Shown: piece after piece, positions 38,368-50,998 of the stretch
Numbering within the stretch: the stretch's first letter is position 1
Layout: each line of letters starts with the position of its first letter
DNA from: Macrostomum lignano
Lineage: Eukaryota
NCBI GenBank assembly: GCA_002269645.1
Contig: NIVC01002913.1
Coordinates: 24,646 to 88,645 of the forward strand
Direction: 5' to 3'
DNA: 64,000 nt
Translations under genes and position numbers: made by a program
Notes under the pieces: model-generated
Told to the model about the DNA's origin: nothing
What the model saw: the letters and a program-made list of their open reading frames with translations, nothing else
The model's database searches: none

Positions 38368-38508
38368 ATTTTTTGCCGCAGCTTCTTGGCGTCTGCATCA
38401 TCCAATCGTCATCGCTGTCAGCTTCATCCATTTTCGGCGGCTTTCCAGCAGTCTCCGCTGTTGCTAAGCCTTCATCGCCCGCATCCGATGAGTCCGTGCC
38501 CACTGAGC
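38368..38508 (-). CDS. lin-10: Probable Mint/X11 N-terminal exon (acidic)
   Basis: Acceptor ccgcag and donor gtgagt. Open 141-bp phase 1-1 exon (SVGTDSSDAGDEG...DDDWMMQTPRSCGKK) that splices in frame to 33883. Confidence 0.6.
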
Positions 38509-39010
38509 CTGCGGTTTGGAGTGAAAAAAAATCCGATCAATTATAAAGTCGTAGAAATTCGCTAGCTATGGCAGAAAACGGCGATAAACGCTAATTATGC
38601 TACTTAAAATAAGCGTTAAATGTCTGCAGGAAAAATCAAGCATTATTTTAGTAAATTTCTAGAAAGAGTAGCTAGAAAATCTTATATGGAATATGAGAGC
38701 AGTGCATAACTACAAAATTCAAATATGCAATGAGAAAAATACGGCAGGTGCATTTAGTCGGGTAACTACATGTACGGGCTTTAGAAATCAACAAATAGTC
38801 AACCCCGGAAGGAGCCCTTGTTTACACTGCGTGCGTTTGCCAATGGTGTCCCATACCGCCGCTTCTTCCCTAACCCGTAGCCTCTAACAGGCTTGTCAAA
38901 ATTTGCTGGTGACAAAATTGAGCTGCAGAAATCTTTTAATTTTTCATTGAAAAGTTTTCGCGATAATCGACAAATGATGTTGTCATTTTTATGTGGTGGG
39001 AGCGCTTTTA

Positions 39011-41005
39011 CGAGACCTAAACTACATGAGACCTAAACTTCATAAGACCTAAACTTCATGAGACCTAAACTACACTAGACCTAAACTTCATGAGACCTAA
39101 ACTTCATGAGACCTAAACTACACTAGACCTAAACTTCATAAGACCTAAAATTCATGAGACCTAAACTATATGAGACCTAAACTTCATGAGACCTAAACTT
39201 CATAAGACCTAAGCTTCATGGGACCTAAACTTCATGAGACCTAAACTACATGAGACCTAAACTACATGAGACCTAAACTACATGAGACCTAAACTATATG
39301 AGACCTAAACTTTATGAGACCTAAACTTCATGAGACCTAAACTTTATGAGACCTAAACTTCATGAGACCTAAACTTCATGAGATCTAAACTACACTAGAC
39401 CTAAACTTCATGAGACCTAAACTTCATGAGATCTAAACTACACTAGACCTAAACTTCATGAGACCTAAACTTCATGAGATCTAAACTACACTAGACCTAA
39501 ACTTCATGTGACCTAAACTTCATAAGACCTAAACTTCATGAGACCTAAACTACACTAGACCTAAACTTCATGAGACCTAAACTTCATGAGACCTAAACTA
39601 CATGAGACCTAAACTACATGAGACCTAAACTATATGAGACCTAAACTTTATGAGACCTAAACTTCATGAGACCTAAACTTTATGAGACCTAAACTTTATG
39701 AGACCTAAACTTCATGAGACCTAAATTTCATGAGATCTAAACTACACTAGACCTAAACTTCATGAGACCTAAACTTCATGAGATCTAAACTACACTAGAC
39801 CTAAACTTCATGAGATCTAAACTTCATGAGATCTAAACTATATGAGACCTAAAATTCATGAGACCTAAACTTCATGAGACCTAAACTACATGAGACCTAA
39901 ACTACACTAGACCTAAACTTCATGAGACCTAAACTTCATGAGATCTAAACTTCATGAGATCTAAACTATATGAGACCTAAAATTCATGAGACCTAAACTT
40001 CATGAGACTTAAACTACATGAGACCTAAACTTCATGAGACCTAAACTTCATGAGACCTAAACTACATGAGACCTAAACTACACTAGACCTAAACTTCATG
40101 AGACCTAAACTTCATGAGATCTAAACTTCATGAGATCTAAACTATATGAGACCTAAAATTCATGAGACCTAAACTTCATGAGACCTAAACTACATGAGAC
40201 CTAAACTACACTAGACCTAAACTTCATGAGACCTAAACTTCATGAGATCTAAACTTCATGAGATCTAAACTATATGAGACCTAAAATTCATGAGACCTAA
40301 ACTTCATGAGACCTAAACTACATGAGACCTAAACTACACTAGACCTAAACTTCATGAGACCTAAACTTCATGAGATCTAAACTTCATGAGATCTAAACTA
40401 TATGAGACCTAAAATTCATGAGACCTAAACTTCATGAGACTTAAACTACATGAGACCTAAACTTCATGAGACCTAAACTACACTAGACCTAAACTTCATG
40501 AGACCTAAACTTCATAAGACCTAAACTTCATAAGACCTAAGCTTCATGGGACCTAAACTACATGAGACCTAAACTACATGAGACCTAAACTACATGAGAC
40601 CTAAACTATATGAGACCTAAACTTTATGAGACCTAAACTTCATGAGACCTAAACTTTATGAGACCTAAACTTCATGAGACCTAAACTACATGAGACCTAA
40701 ACTTCATGAGACCTAAACTTCATGAGACCTAAACTACACTAGACCTAAACTTCATGAGACCTAAACTACATGAGACCTAAACTACACTAGACCTAAACTT
40801 CATGAGACCTAAACTTCATGAGACTTAAACTACATGAGACCTAAACTTCATGAGACCTAAACTACACTAGACCTAAACTTCATGAGACCTAAACTTCATA
40901 AGACCTAAACTTCATAAGACCTAAGCTTCATGGGACCTAAACTTCATGAGACCTAAACTACATGAGTTTTAAACTACATGAGACCTAGGCTTCATGAGAC
41001 CTAAA
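39011..41005. repeat. 16-bp minisatellite GAGACCTAAACTWCAT, ~125 copies with recurring variant blocks
   Basis: Visible directly. Variant order (e.g. ...gagatctaaactatat gagacctaaaattcat...) recurs at about 128-bp intervals around 39830-40420. Confidence 0.97.
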
Positions 41006-41774
41006 TTTCCCAAAGCTTTTTCACGGTTAGGTGAAATTTAAGCGTCATGATAGTAGAGGCTTTAAACTTTTAGGCAATATGAAATTCAGTGTCATATGAA
41101 ACACTTCCCCCTTTGTGGAAGAGCTGGCAATTCTGGTTGGCCTCCGCTGCCGCTTGCTAAAGCGGGTTTTAAAACCACCGATTGCAAAGAGCATGTACAC
41201 CGCATAAAAAACAGCACACACACACACAGAGCTGAGGGAGACTCGGCTCAACTGGGCAACTCCCTGTGAGACACCCGCACCGCACTGCACCAGTGCTGGT
41301 TCAGGCACCGGGCCTGCCCACCTCACCTCCTTCGAAACCTTCCTCTATAAATCACCCTCTATACAGTGGGCGAATAGCAGTTGCACTTTAGCCCAACACA
41401 CAGAGTGTGTGGGAGTTGGAGCTGATCCTTCTTTGCCAGTCGCAGCTGTCTACTCTCCCCCCTCTCTCTCTCAGCGCTTAGTCACTCACTCGCTCCCACT
41501 CCATATAGTCTTATTCTTTACTTAATTCGTACTGCATGGCTTTATGTTTTTTGTGCATATCTGTATTGTAGCTGTACTCTGCAGGACTCTTGTACGAGCT
41601 ATTAAATGCCTGTATGCCGTAATTTTCCTTGGGCATGTTGCTTAATCTTGTGTACTCTTAGTTTGACCCTTTGCCAGTTCACGTAGTTATCTTTAAATCA
41701 TTGTGTGTCATTTTTAGCGCATACAGAGGCAAACTGTGATCGTTGTGTGAAAGATGGCTAGCAGGGAGAGTAAA

Positions 41775-42105
41775 GGGATAGTGGCAGGGAGAGTGGCAGG
41801 GAGAGAGGAGGGAGAGGTCCAGGCTGTTTAAGAGACAGGGAGAGAGGAGGGAGAGGTCCAGGCAGTTTAAGAGACAGGGAGAGAGGAGGCAGAGGTCCAG
41901 GCTGTTTAAGAGACAGGGAGAGAGGAGGGAGAGGTCCAGGCTGTTTAAGAGACAGGGAGAGAGGAGGGAGAGGTCCAGGCTGTTTAAGAGACAGGGAGAG
42001 AGGAGGCAGAGGTCCAGGCAGTTTAAGAGACAGGGAGAGAGGAGGCAGAGGTCCAGGCAGTTAAGAGACAGGGAGAGAGGAGGCAGAGGTCCAGGCAGTT
42101 TAAGA
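41775..42105. repeat. 39-bp minisatellite (AGGTCCAGGCWGTTTAAGAGACAGGGAGAGAGGAGGSAG), ~8 copies
   Basis: 13-aa periodicity in ORF 41679-42116. Confidence 0.92.
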
Positions 42106-43070
42106 ATATCCTTCACGACGAAGCTGGTAGATTTTCACCTATCCACTATCTTTATCTCCTCTCATCCTCGTCGATTCCACTGCCCCGAATTCCTTCCCTC
42201 CTAATCTTGGCCAAACTCCACATCTTTGTCTGCATAAATTTATGATGCCATGCGGTGGGTAGGCAGCAGATCAATGCCAGTCGTTTCGCCCAGTATTTTT
42301 ATCGCTGCTCTCCCGTTTTTGGCAATAAAAGCCTCACGCCGAGCACTTAGCTTACTGGCAGAAGCCAGCTGAACTGACGATCCTGTTGCTAACTGTGTCT
42401 TACGTTCGACTGAGTACAGGAGCAGTCGGATTCGGCAGTATAGCTTGCAGGAATTAATTGGATCAACTGAGCAATGAGCATGCTTCCATTTCTATGCGAG
42501 GAGACAGAGAGGTGGTTAGGGAAGTGAGAGGCGGATCTGCTCACTGTAGCGAGCAGGTGGGGCGCTATCGGGGACAAATTGTGATTCCTCAGGGATAAAT
42601 CCCTGCCAACTCAATTAGGACTGCGGAACCGCTCGGAGACAATCGCGGAAATGAACAAACAGGTTTGCGTTCCCGAAATCCGCATGAATATTTGGCTTTG
42701 TGAATATCTGCAGAATACAGATGACTAAGCGCTAGTAACAATGATGCATGCGTGGTCAGGTGCATTCACATGTGAAATATAGAAATTCTAATAGCAATAA
42801 GACAGGGTAAACTGAAGCTCCGGTTATTTTTCCACTCTTCATCTTACCTGAGTTTCCATTCAACAGCGTACTAACCCAGGTCAATTCCGCTTAACTTAAA
42901 AGAGCTGGCGGCGAATACGTCAAACCACTTGGCTAGCGACTTAGCGTGTGTCAGAACCCATTCGTTAGACTTTATTCATACAACTTAACCCCTGGACCTA
43001 CCGCTTAAGGAAAAATACAGAGAGATCTGCTTGGATTACAGGAATGACTCGTAGGAAGGAGGGCTTCGGG

Positions 43071-44150
43071 CACCCTGGCGCAACGCTCTCGGAAACATCG
43101 GGCCACAAGCAGCGCTGACGGAAATTCTGGCCATTCCGCTAACTCCCTGAGCACAAACAAGCTCGCCAATACTGTACACAAGCACGCACTCATGCACACG
43201 CTCACACAGGGTGTACAGCGGTCCTTTGACTTTCTAATCGTCAGGCATGTACATTCTCTGTGTCTTGGGGGGCTGGCCCTCATGGCTGTGAACCGCACGA
43301 CAACCCCCTGGGCCAGGGGTCGGCAAAAGTTTTTTACCTCAAGGCCGGATGAAGAATCCAGCTCATGGCTACGGCCCAGGTTAGAGAGGAAAGGAGAGGG
43401 AGTAGAAGAGATAAGAAACAAGACAAGATGAGAAAAGAGGGGAGGGACGAGAGAAGGGAGAGAAGAGAGAGGGGAGATAGAGGGGAGAGAGAAGAAAGAG
43501 GAGAGAGGAGAGAGGAGAGAGGATAGACGGGGAGAAGAGAGGAGAGAGTAGAGAGGAGAGAGAGAGAGGAGAGAGGAGAGAGGATAGACGGGGAGAAGAG
43601 AGGAGAGAGTAGAGAGGAGAGAGAGAGAGAGGAGAGAGGAGAGAGGAGAGAGGATAGACGGGGAGAAGAGAGGAGAGAGTAGAGAGGAGAGAGAGAGAGA
43701 GAGGAGAGATAGAGAGGAGAGAGGAGAGAGGAGAGAGGAGAGAGAGAGGAGAGAGGAGAGGGTAGAGAGGAGAGAGGAGAGAGGAGAGGGAGAGAGGAGA
43801 GAGGAGAGAGGAGAGGGGAGAGAGGAGAGGGGAGAGAGGAGAGAGTAGAGAGGAGAGAGGAGAGAGGAGAGAGAGAGGAGAGAGGAGAGAGGAGAGAGAG
43901 AGAGAGGAGAGAGGAGAGAGGAGAGAGGAGAGACGGGGAGAAGAGAGGAGAGAGGAGAGAGGAGAGAAGAGACAAAAACATTTTAGCGAGCCGGATTGCT
44001 ATTGTGAAGTTTCAAAGGACCCGAGGGCCGGATAGAGACGCTTCGCGGGCCGGAGTTTGCCGACCCCTGCCCTAGGCCAATTTTCGTGCACAAACAAGCC
44101 CCAACTGAATGTGGCCTAGCACGGAATCAAACCAGGGGTCATGAGAGTTG
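43071..44150 (-). mobile_element. Second SINE-like family copy, split by hAT MITE 43314-44069
   Basis: Body 43071-43313 continues at 44070 (ccctaggccaattttcg...). B-box-like complement ggaatcaaacc at ~44123. The empty site is seen inverted at 48725-48750. Confidence 0.6.
43314..44069. mobile_element. Non-autonomous hAT (Buster/Charlie-like) MITE, 756 bp, with GA-rich core
   Basis: 14-bp TIRs CAGGGGTCGGCAAA/TTTGCCGACCCCTG. 8-bp TSD CCCTGGGC/CCCTAGGC (nnnTAnnn type). GGGCCGG subterminal motifs and a GA microsatellite at 43380-43975. Confidence 0.9.
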
Positions 44151-44200
44151 GCGTTGGCGGTAGAATCCTGACGAAATGTACATGTACATTTAGATGTCAC

Positions 44201-44431
44201 CTGAGTTTTGGCTACTGCAACTGCTGCAGCTGCAGCTGCTGCTGATGCTGCAGTTGTCGCCGCCGCTACGATGGCGGCTGCACTGAAGTCGACGCTTTCG
44301 ATGGTTGCGGCGGCAGGCGTCCGGAGTCAGGCGCTGGTAGCCTCCGCAGCCGACTGTCGGAAATAATCCGGCCAGCTTTGCCGCCGCCGCCTCCGCAGAC
44401 GAAGTGGTTGGCGCGGGGCTGCAGCCGCGGC
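44201..44431 (-). CDS. lin-10: Candidate Mint/X11 N-terminal exon (low complexity)
   Basis: Acceptor gcacag and donor gtgaca. 231-bp open phase 1-1 exon in frame with 38508. No conserved motif. Confidence 0.5.
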
Positions 44432-44917
44432 CTGTGCGCAAGTTGCAATTTCCATGAAAGCACGAAATTCTAATAAAAACCTCAACCTCTCACAGCCCGG
44501 ACGAGAGTAAATGAAATTTTCCAAGTACCTCAAAAAATCAGTTAAAAAATTTCACCGCAATTTAAAAACTATTCATCGAGAAGGCAAGCAGTCAGGCCCG
44601 TTCCGCTGACGCCTCAAACACACGGATACGTTCGCAGGCACACGCTCACACGGGTGTACATCGGCCCTGACTTTCTAATCTTTCTAATCATTTACACACT
44701 CTGTGCATTGAGTGTTAGCCTTCATAAATGCGAATTGCACGAAACAACTGAACCTCTGAAGGTCAGACACGTCAACCGCTGAACTGCTCTGCTCCTTTAT
44801 TTTATTGCTTTTTTTTAAGTTTTGGTGCTGGCTAATATAATCAAAGCAAAGAAATGTCCAATCAACCAGCAAAGAAAATCCATCCCATGACAACTCATTG
44901 CTTGTTCTTGTGCTCAC

Positions 44918-45126
44918 CCTCGGCAATGGTTGAGCTTGGCTTCGAGTTTTGCTGCCACCTCGCTGGCGACGCGGTGGACGAGCCGACGAGCAAATTGCCG
45001 GGCGTCAGGCGGGCCCGGCCGTTCACGGAGGGCAGGTTGCCATAGAACGGGTGCGAGTGCGCGAACAGTCCGACTGGGTGCTGCGGCGGCGGCGGCTCTG
45101 AGATTGACAACTCGGATCGCGGCGTC
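44918..45126 (-). CDS. lin-10: Candidate Mint/X11 N-terminal exon
   Basis: Acceptor tttcaaag and donor gtgagc. Phase 2-1, in frame with both neighbours (TPRSELSISEPPPPQHPVGLF...STIAEG). Confidence 0.5.
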
Positions 45127-45391
45127 CTTTGAAATGCGATCGCGATTATAAAGGGAATTTTGCGAATTCTACCACTTCGGGTGTAGGGCAGATAACAGAA
45201 AATAATGGAACTCTTTAACGAAACAGCATCTACCATATTAATTGTTTTAAATTTGTTTACAAAAGGGCAAATTGGACTTGCATTAAATTTTCAAAATCAT
45301 TAAGTGTTATGTCATTTTATTAATCTAGTGGTCTTATAATTTCAAATTTTAGGTAGATAACACTAGACACGAGTCCTTCAGGTGTACTCAC

Positions 45392-45543
45392 ATATTCACC
45401 CATACACCCAGCGGGCTGGTGGGACTCGCATCAAGCTGACAAGTTTTTTCTGACAAACCAACGGCGTCGACTTTTTGCGCTGTCCCAGGCGCCGTCGCAG
45501 CTCCGCAGTCCAAATTCTGGATTTTTGACGCAGCCGTTTTCAT
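45392..45543 (-). CDS. lin-10: Candidate Mint/X11 first coding exon
   Basis: gcaATG at 45543 (MKTAASKIQNLDCG...) and phase-2 donor gtgagt at 45391. The full 7-exon join totals 1878 nt = 625 aa plus stop. Confidence 0.42.
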
Positions 45544-46907
45544 TGCTAATAGCTGCAAAGGAGCTCCAACGATTACAGATGCTCCGTTTGCTGTCAAAGC
45601 TACAGTGAAGTGAATCTCACATTCTGCAATTTTTAATGCAATTAACATGTCTGCATTGATTCTGAATTGTATATTTTTTCAAAATATTTTTGCTCTGTAT
45701 TCTTTTGCCTTTGCTTTTATTTTTAGGTATTTAGAAATTTCCCTGAGAGCTTGGAAGAGAAAAACAAGAAGCAAAACCTTAATTTTTAAGCTCAAATTCC
45801 ATTAAAAATATTATATGTCCATTCCAAAATATATACGTAATGTCAACTACCTCGAAGTACTTACACGATAAAAATATTGTGGTTTCTTTACTTTGATTCG
45901 TTCGTTATGCAATATTATACACTCTGCAGACAATAATTTTCACGCCGAGAAAGCTGTTCTTTGAAATACGTAAAGTCAAAAATACACGGTTCAAAATACT
46001 AAAACAAAACTTTTGAATATAAATGCTTGTTTTCTCAATGAAATGTAAAATATACCAGCTGAAAATAAAAAAAAATTTTATATATCATTTTGAGGTTTAA
46101 AGTTACAAAACTTGTCGCGATAAAAAATAACGTTAATGAAATAGTTTTCGCCGATCATAATTCACGACATGTACAAGAGCTCATATTACATTTACGAAAC
46201 CACAATTTTATTTATTAAACTGGATACATCGAATACAATTAAGTGTAGAATTACAGTGCAGCCAAATTTTCTTGTATTCTCGTTTTCTACATACAAACAG
46301 TAGGAAAATAAGGTTTACAATCTTGTCAGAAAAATTAGCATATAAAGAAATTCCACGAGTACAATATCATTTTGAAAAGAAAATAAACCTTTTCGAAATA
46401 ATGTGATATTAAAAGTGAAATTTATCAACATGCAGTATAAAATGTAATCGAATATGGTTTATTTTTTATATCTTCTTATGAAAAAACGAAATTTGTATAT
46501 TCGTAGATTTCATTATTATTCAGGGTATTTTATTGTGTAACAAAATAATTATAGCAATAAAATATATGAATAACACCACATCAATTTGTGAGATGCAAGA
46601 AATTTTGTTAAGCAGGGGTCGCATAGTTATATACGGCCCTGATAAATCGTAAAATTTTGAAAGACGATCGAGAATCAAATATTTTGTTGTTTACTTGTGT
46701 TAAAAGTTATATTTTCAGCTAGATTTTATTTAGGTCACAAATGATGTGTCCGATTTTCCGATTTCAATTTAAACTGACCCGTAAATATACAGATTTATTT
46801 TTCACTTTCTACACGAATGGATACATTGTAGCAAAAACATTACGCATAAACAGCGTAGGTTCTTGCTTGTTTTTCAAGCTACTATCAACTTCCAAAACGT
46901 ACTTTTG

Positions 46908-47095
46908 TACCCTGGCGCACTTTAAGCGACATTGTCGCACAACCGTTGAGAGACATTGCTGCCCATTCCGCCGACTCTCTTGAGCAGGCACACAAATTCA
47001 CATTAATTTCACGAGCAGAGCCTAGCTGAGACTCCAATTTAGCCCCAAATTAATGTGACTGCACTTGGAATCGAGCCTGGGCCGCTGACACATAA
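46908..47095 (-). mobile_element. Second SINE-like family copy
   Basis: taccctggcgcactttaagcgacattgt...ccattccgccgactc shared with 26919. B-box-like complement ggaatcgagcc at ~47067. Confidence 0.55.
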
Positions 47096-48699
47096 AGTAC
47101 TTTTTTGTTTTCAGTTCTATAAAAATTTGACAATTAAACTTTTATCGGCTTGTGCAGTTGACTAGATTTACGGTAATTAGCTTGATTTAGCCTCTAAAGT
47201 CAAAAAGATAACAAAACTGCGGATTTATGACTCCAGGACCAAATAGCTGAAGTAACCGTGCTATATACCATGACCCCATTTAAACTATTATAGTTACTCA
47301 GATGCGACGTAGACCTGCACCGTGCAAGGTTTTACATGGTTTCATATAAAATTTATATTATCAGATGCGAGACTGTACGAAGATTGTGTCATTTTCAGAA
47401 TCATGTGGAGTACATGGCGTAGACGCAGAAGCAGGGGTTGAAACAGGTGGCGCAAGGCTCCTCCCGGATAAGTGCCTGGGAAAATTTTCCTGATTGTTGC
47501 TTCCTCTGTCGCGCGAAACCTGCTTCCTTTTAATTACAAGCCCTCGACGAGAGAAGACAGCTTTCAATCAGAGTAATTTGAGAGGCCAGCTGGGAGGGAA
47601 ATCTTAAACAGGAACTAATCTCAATAATTTTTTTCGTTTTTTTTTTTTTTTCCTTTATCCGCCTGCAGCTAGCTTTTAGTTTAGTTAGACCCGACCAGCG
47701 GATTGGCTGCTGCTGCAGGGGCCTCATGGATGCAGTCAGAGAGAGAGATGGATAGGCTGGAGACTGGACTATAGATGATGCTGCCCGGGTTGGTGGGGTA
47801 AGGCCTGAATGCGCGGTGTTTAAGACAGCCCTCCCCATTCCTTCTTCATCCCTCTCAATAGGATAAGAAATGATGCTGCAGCGCTGAGGGGGAACGGCGA
47901 TAGGAGAGCGGCGCACACAGTCCCTTATAAGCGAATCGGTCTCCTGTGTAAATACATACCGTCTCTCGCTCGCTCTACCAATAAAGTCAAGCCTTCCCCC
48001 CAGATTCAATTGGGGATCCAGTACCTCTCTCTAATCTTTCCATTATTATCCACTGCGGCTGGGGCCGGGCACAGCAGCCTGCAAAAAGCAGGAGAATAGA
48101 ATCTCAGCACAGAAAGTCCAGTTGCTTTAATCTAAGGTAAGGTAAGAAACGATTGAGTCTGCTGTGAGAGTATTGAATTTTACCTAGACTAGTTAAGCGT
48201 CACCCAAAAACCCCCCATCATCTCATACTCCCATTCCCTCTCTCTCTCCCACGCCACTTTAGTTGCCAAGCGCTGCCAAAATCTACCACCACTTGTCCCT
48301 TCAACCCCCCCCCTTCTAATCTCACGAGGTGGACACGTGCATTCAATGATGCTAGTTAGATAGAGAGTGAGTGGGTGAGCACTAGGCTGAAAATATTCAT
48401 GCACTTTTACAACAGAGCAGCCAGCATGAGCGCGCGGGATCATGGAAGGGGTCGCTCCAGTGCTGCTCCCAGCGCTCATGCGACAGGAAGCAGTCCCTCT
48501 TTTAAGGGGAGAGGGCAGAGGGAGGCAGTGGAAGCCACGGGGCTCCCAAGTTGCTGTTGAATCTCATCTTATGTTAGAATTGAGAGGTCCGTATATGCAG
48601 CTCACCAGCTATCAATAGTGTTCCAGTCTGTTTTAGTTCACAGTGTACTGTCAGACACTTGGAACTGAGCATTTCTCGGAGGGCACTGTACATTTATGG

Positions 48700-48905
48700 A
48701 GCATCATTCGGGGCTGGTCGTTCACGAAAATTGGCCTAGGGGGGGGGGTTGTTGTGCGATTCACAGACATGAGAGGTCAACAGGTCATGAGAGCGTGTGT
48801 ATCATTGCGAGCTTGTGTACAGCATTGGCGCGCTTGCAGGTGCTCAGGAGTCAACAGAATGGGGAGAATTGCCGTCAGCGCAGGTTGTGGAACCGATGTC
48901 TCCGA
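48700..48905 (+). mobile_element. Second SINE-like family copy (opposite orientation)
   Basis: Reverse-complement similarity to 43090-43313/44070-44100. Confidence 0.5.
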
Positions 48906-49134
48906 AGGCCTGCAGCCCTCTTGAAAACATTATTATGCATTCCTTGGTCCCTAGATGTGTGTAGAAACTTGTCGTGTCATATATTCAGCAACAGTGAAAA
49001 GTTCCACCCCACTAAGCGAGATGATTTTTTCACTTTTTGCGAGTGACGCAACCTACGGCACGCGCAAAGCTTATTGCGGCTTGGGGTTGGCTTGGGTCTG
49101 CTTAATGGTCCAGGCCTGGACATTAAGCAGACCC

Positions 49135-49385
49135 AAGCCCAGGAACAACGCCCCGCAACACCAAGCCGATGCTGTTAGTCAACTGAAGGAACAGCTACGC
49201 AGCTGCGCACTCTGCGCTGGCCTTCCCGGTCCCCAGACATGGATCCCATCGAGCATGCTTGGGACTTCCTAAAACGTAGCATTCGAAAAGAGAATCCACC
49301 ATAGAATGTTGCGGAGAGCTCTGCATCATTCTGCGCTGCCTCATCCTTGGGATGCCCGGCAGAGTCGTCGCACTTCTGCGTGCGA
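49135..49385 (+). pseudogene. Tc1-like DD34E transposase relic
   Basis: RNNAPQHQA (decayed QDNAPxH) followed after a frameshift by WPSRSPDMDPIEHAWDFLKRSIR (Tc1 WPxxSPDLNPIExxW motif). In-frame stop at ~49302. Confidence 0.8.
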
Positions 49386-49716
49386 GGGAGGGGATCCCAC
49401 ACGCATCGCGATTCTAACTGAATATTGCAAAAAATTTATGATTTTGTGCGACCGACGTTTACTACGAGTATTGATATTCGAAGGTTGAATTGTGAGTGTG
49501 AAGTTTCCGCAATTTGGAGGGTGGAACTTTTGACTGTTGCTGAGTTACACGCCCATGATGGTTGCTTGCCAGCTCGATTTTTAAACTAATTATTTACCCG
49601 AACAACCTGACAATTTCAGAGTTCAGCCCCATCAAACAGTCGGGGGTTTCAACCATAGACAGACACCCCTGTGACAACAAATTGAAGAGTTCAAACTGTC
49701 AGAAGTTGAACCGCAA

Positions 49717-50347
49717 ATGGCTGAGAAAGGTGGCGGCCAAAACGGGGTGGATCAAGTCGCCTCAGCCGTGTCCAAGATGCAGCTGCAGCAGCAGCAGCAG
49801 CCGCTCATCAGCGGAACCCAATCCGCCGTTGACTGGCAGAAATTCTCCCTTCGCCAAGCGGAGCTGCTGCGCACCGTGGGCACCGGGACCTTCGGCCGCG
49901 TCATGGTCATCAGGGAGAAAACTTCTGGCGAGTATTTCGCATTGAAAATCCTCATCATAGAGGACGTGATGCGGCTCAAACAGGTTGAGCACGTCAAGAA
50001 TGAGAAATCGATTCTGAAGATGGTTAATCACCCATTCCTGGTTAGCCTGTTCTGGACCAATCACGACGTCAAGTTCCTGTACATGATCTTCGACTTCGTG
50101 TGCGGCGGCGAGATCTTCTCTTACTTGAGAACGGCCGGAACGTTCTCGAACTCCAGCGCACAGTTCTACTCGGCCGAGATTCTCACCGCCGTCATCTACC
50201 TGCACGACCTGTCGGTTGTCTACCGCGATTTGAAGCCGGAAAACTTGCTGCTAGACACGCAGGGCCACCTCAAGATAACGGACTTTGGATTCGCCAAGGT
50301 ACTGAAGGACCGGACTTACACGATGTGCGGCACGCCAGAGTATCTCG
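49717..50347 (+). CDS. PRKX: PRKX-type cAMP-dependent protein kinase catalytic subunit, exon 1
   Basis: GTGTFGRV, FALK, RLKQVEHVKNEK, YRDLKPEN, DFG and RTYTMCGTPEYL motifs. LFWT and VGTGTFG are closer to PRKX/Pka-C3 than to PKA-Calpha. Phase-1 donor G|gtgag at 50348. Confidence 0.95.
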
Positions 50348-50676
50348 GTGAGCGCTGATGGACCAGGGCGGGAAGAGGAGGGGGAGAGGCGGAGACGCAG
50401 CGATTGCAGGCACTCGAGCCTGCGGGTTCAGACAGAGGCAGCTGCAGCAGAAAGCGCTCGATGCCAAGCTGAGGTTTGAGAGAAAAATATTGCAATCCGA
50501 TAGATGGGTTCCAGCAGGTGCTGGCGACGCGGCCCTCTGTTCGATGAGATTGGATTGGCTTCAGATCTGCTCACACATCCTACGGGCGGCCTAGTATGCG
50601 GGATAGCTGGTATAATTTATATGGTATAAATACATTCTAATACTAAATTCAGTATACAGAAATCCGAAAAAATCGT

Positions 50677-50998
<322 letters not shown>

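Noticed and set aside
32459-41005. Regular short repeats that could be mistaken for CRISPR arrays
   Set aside because: No unique spacers, no cas genes and a eukaryotic context.
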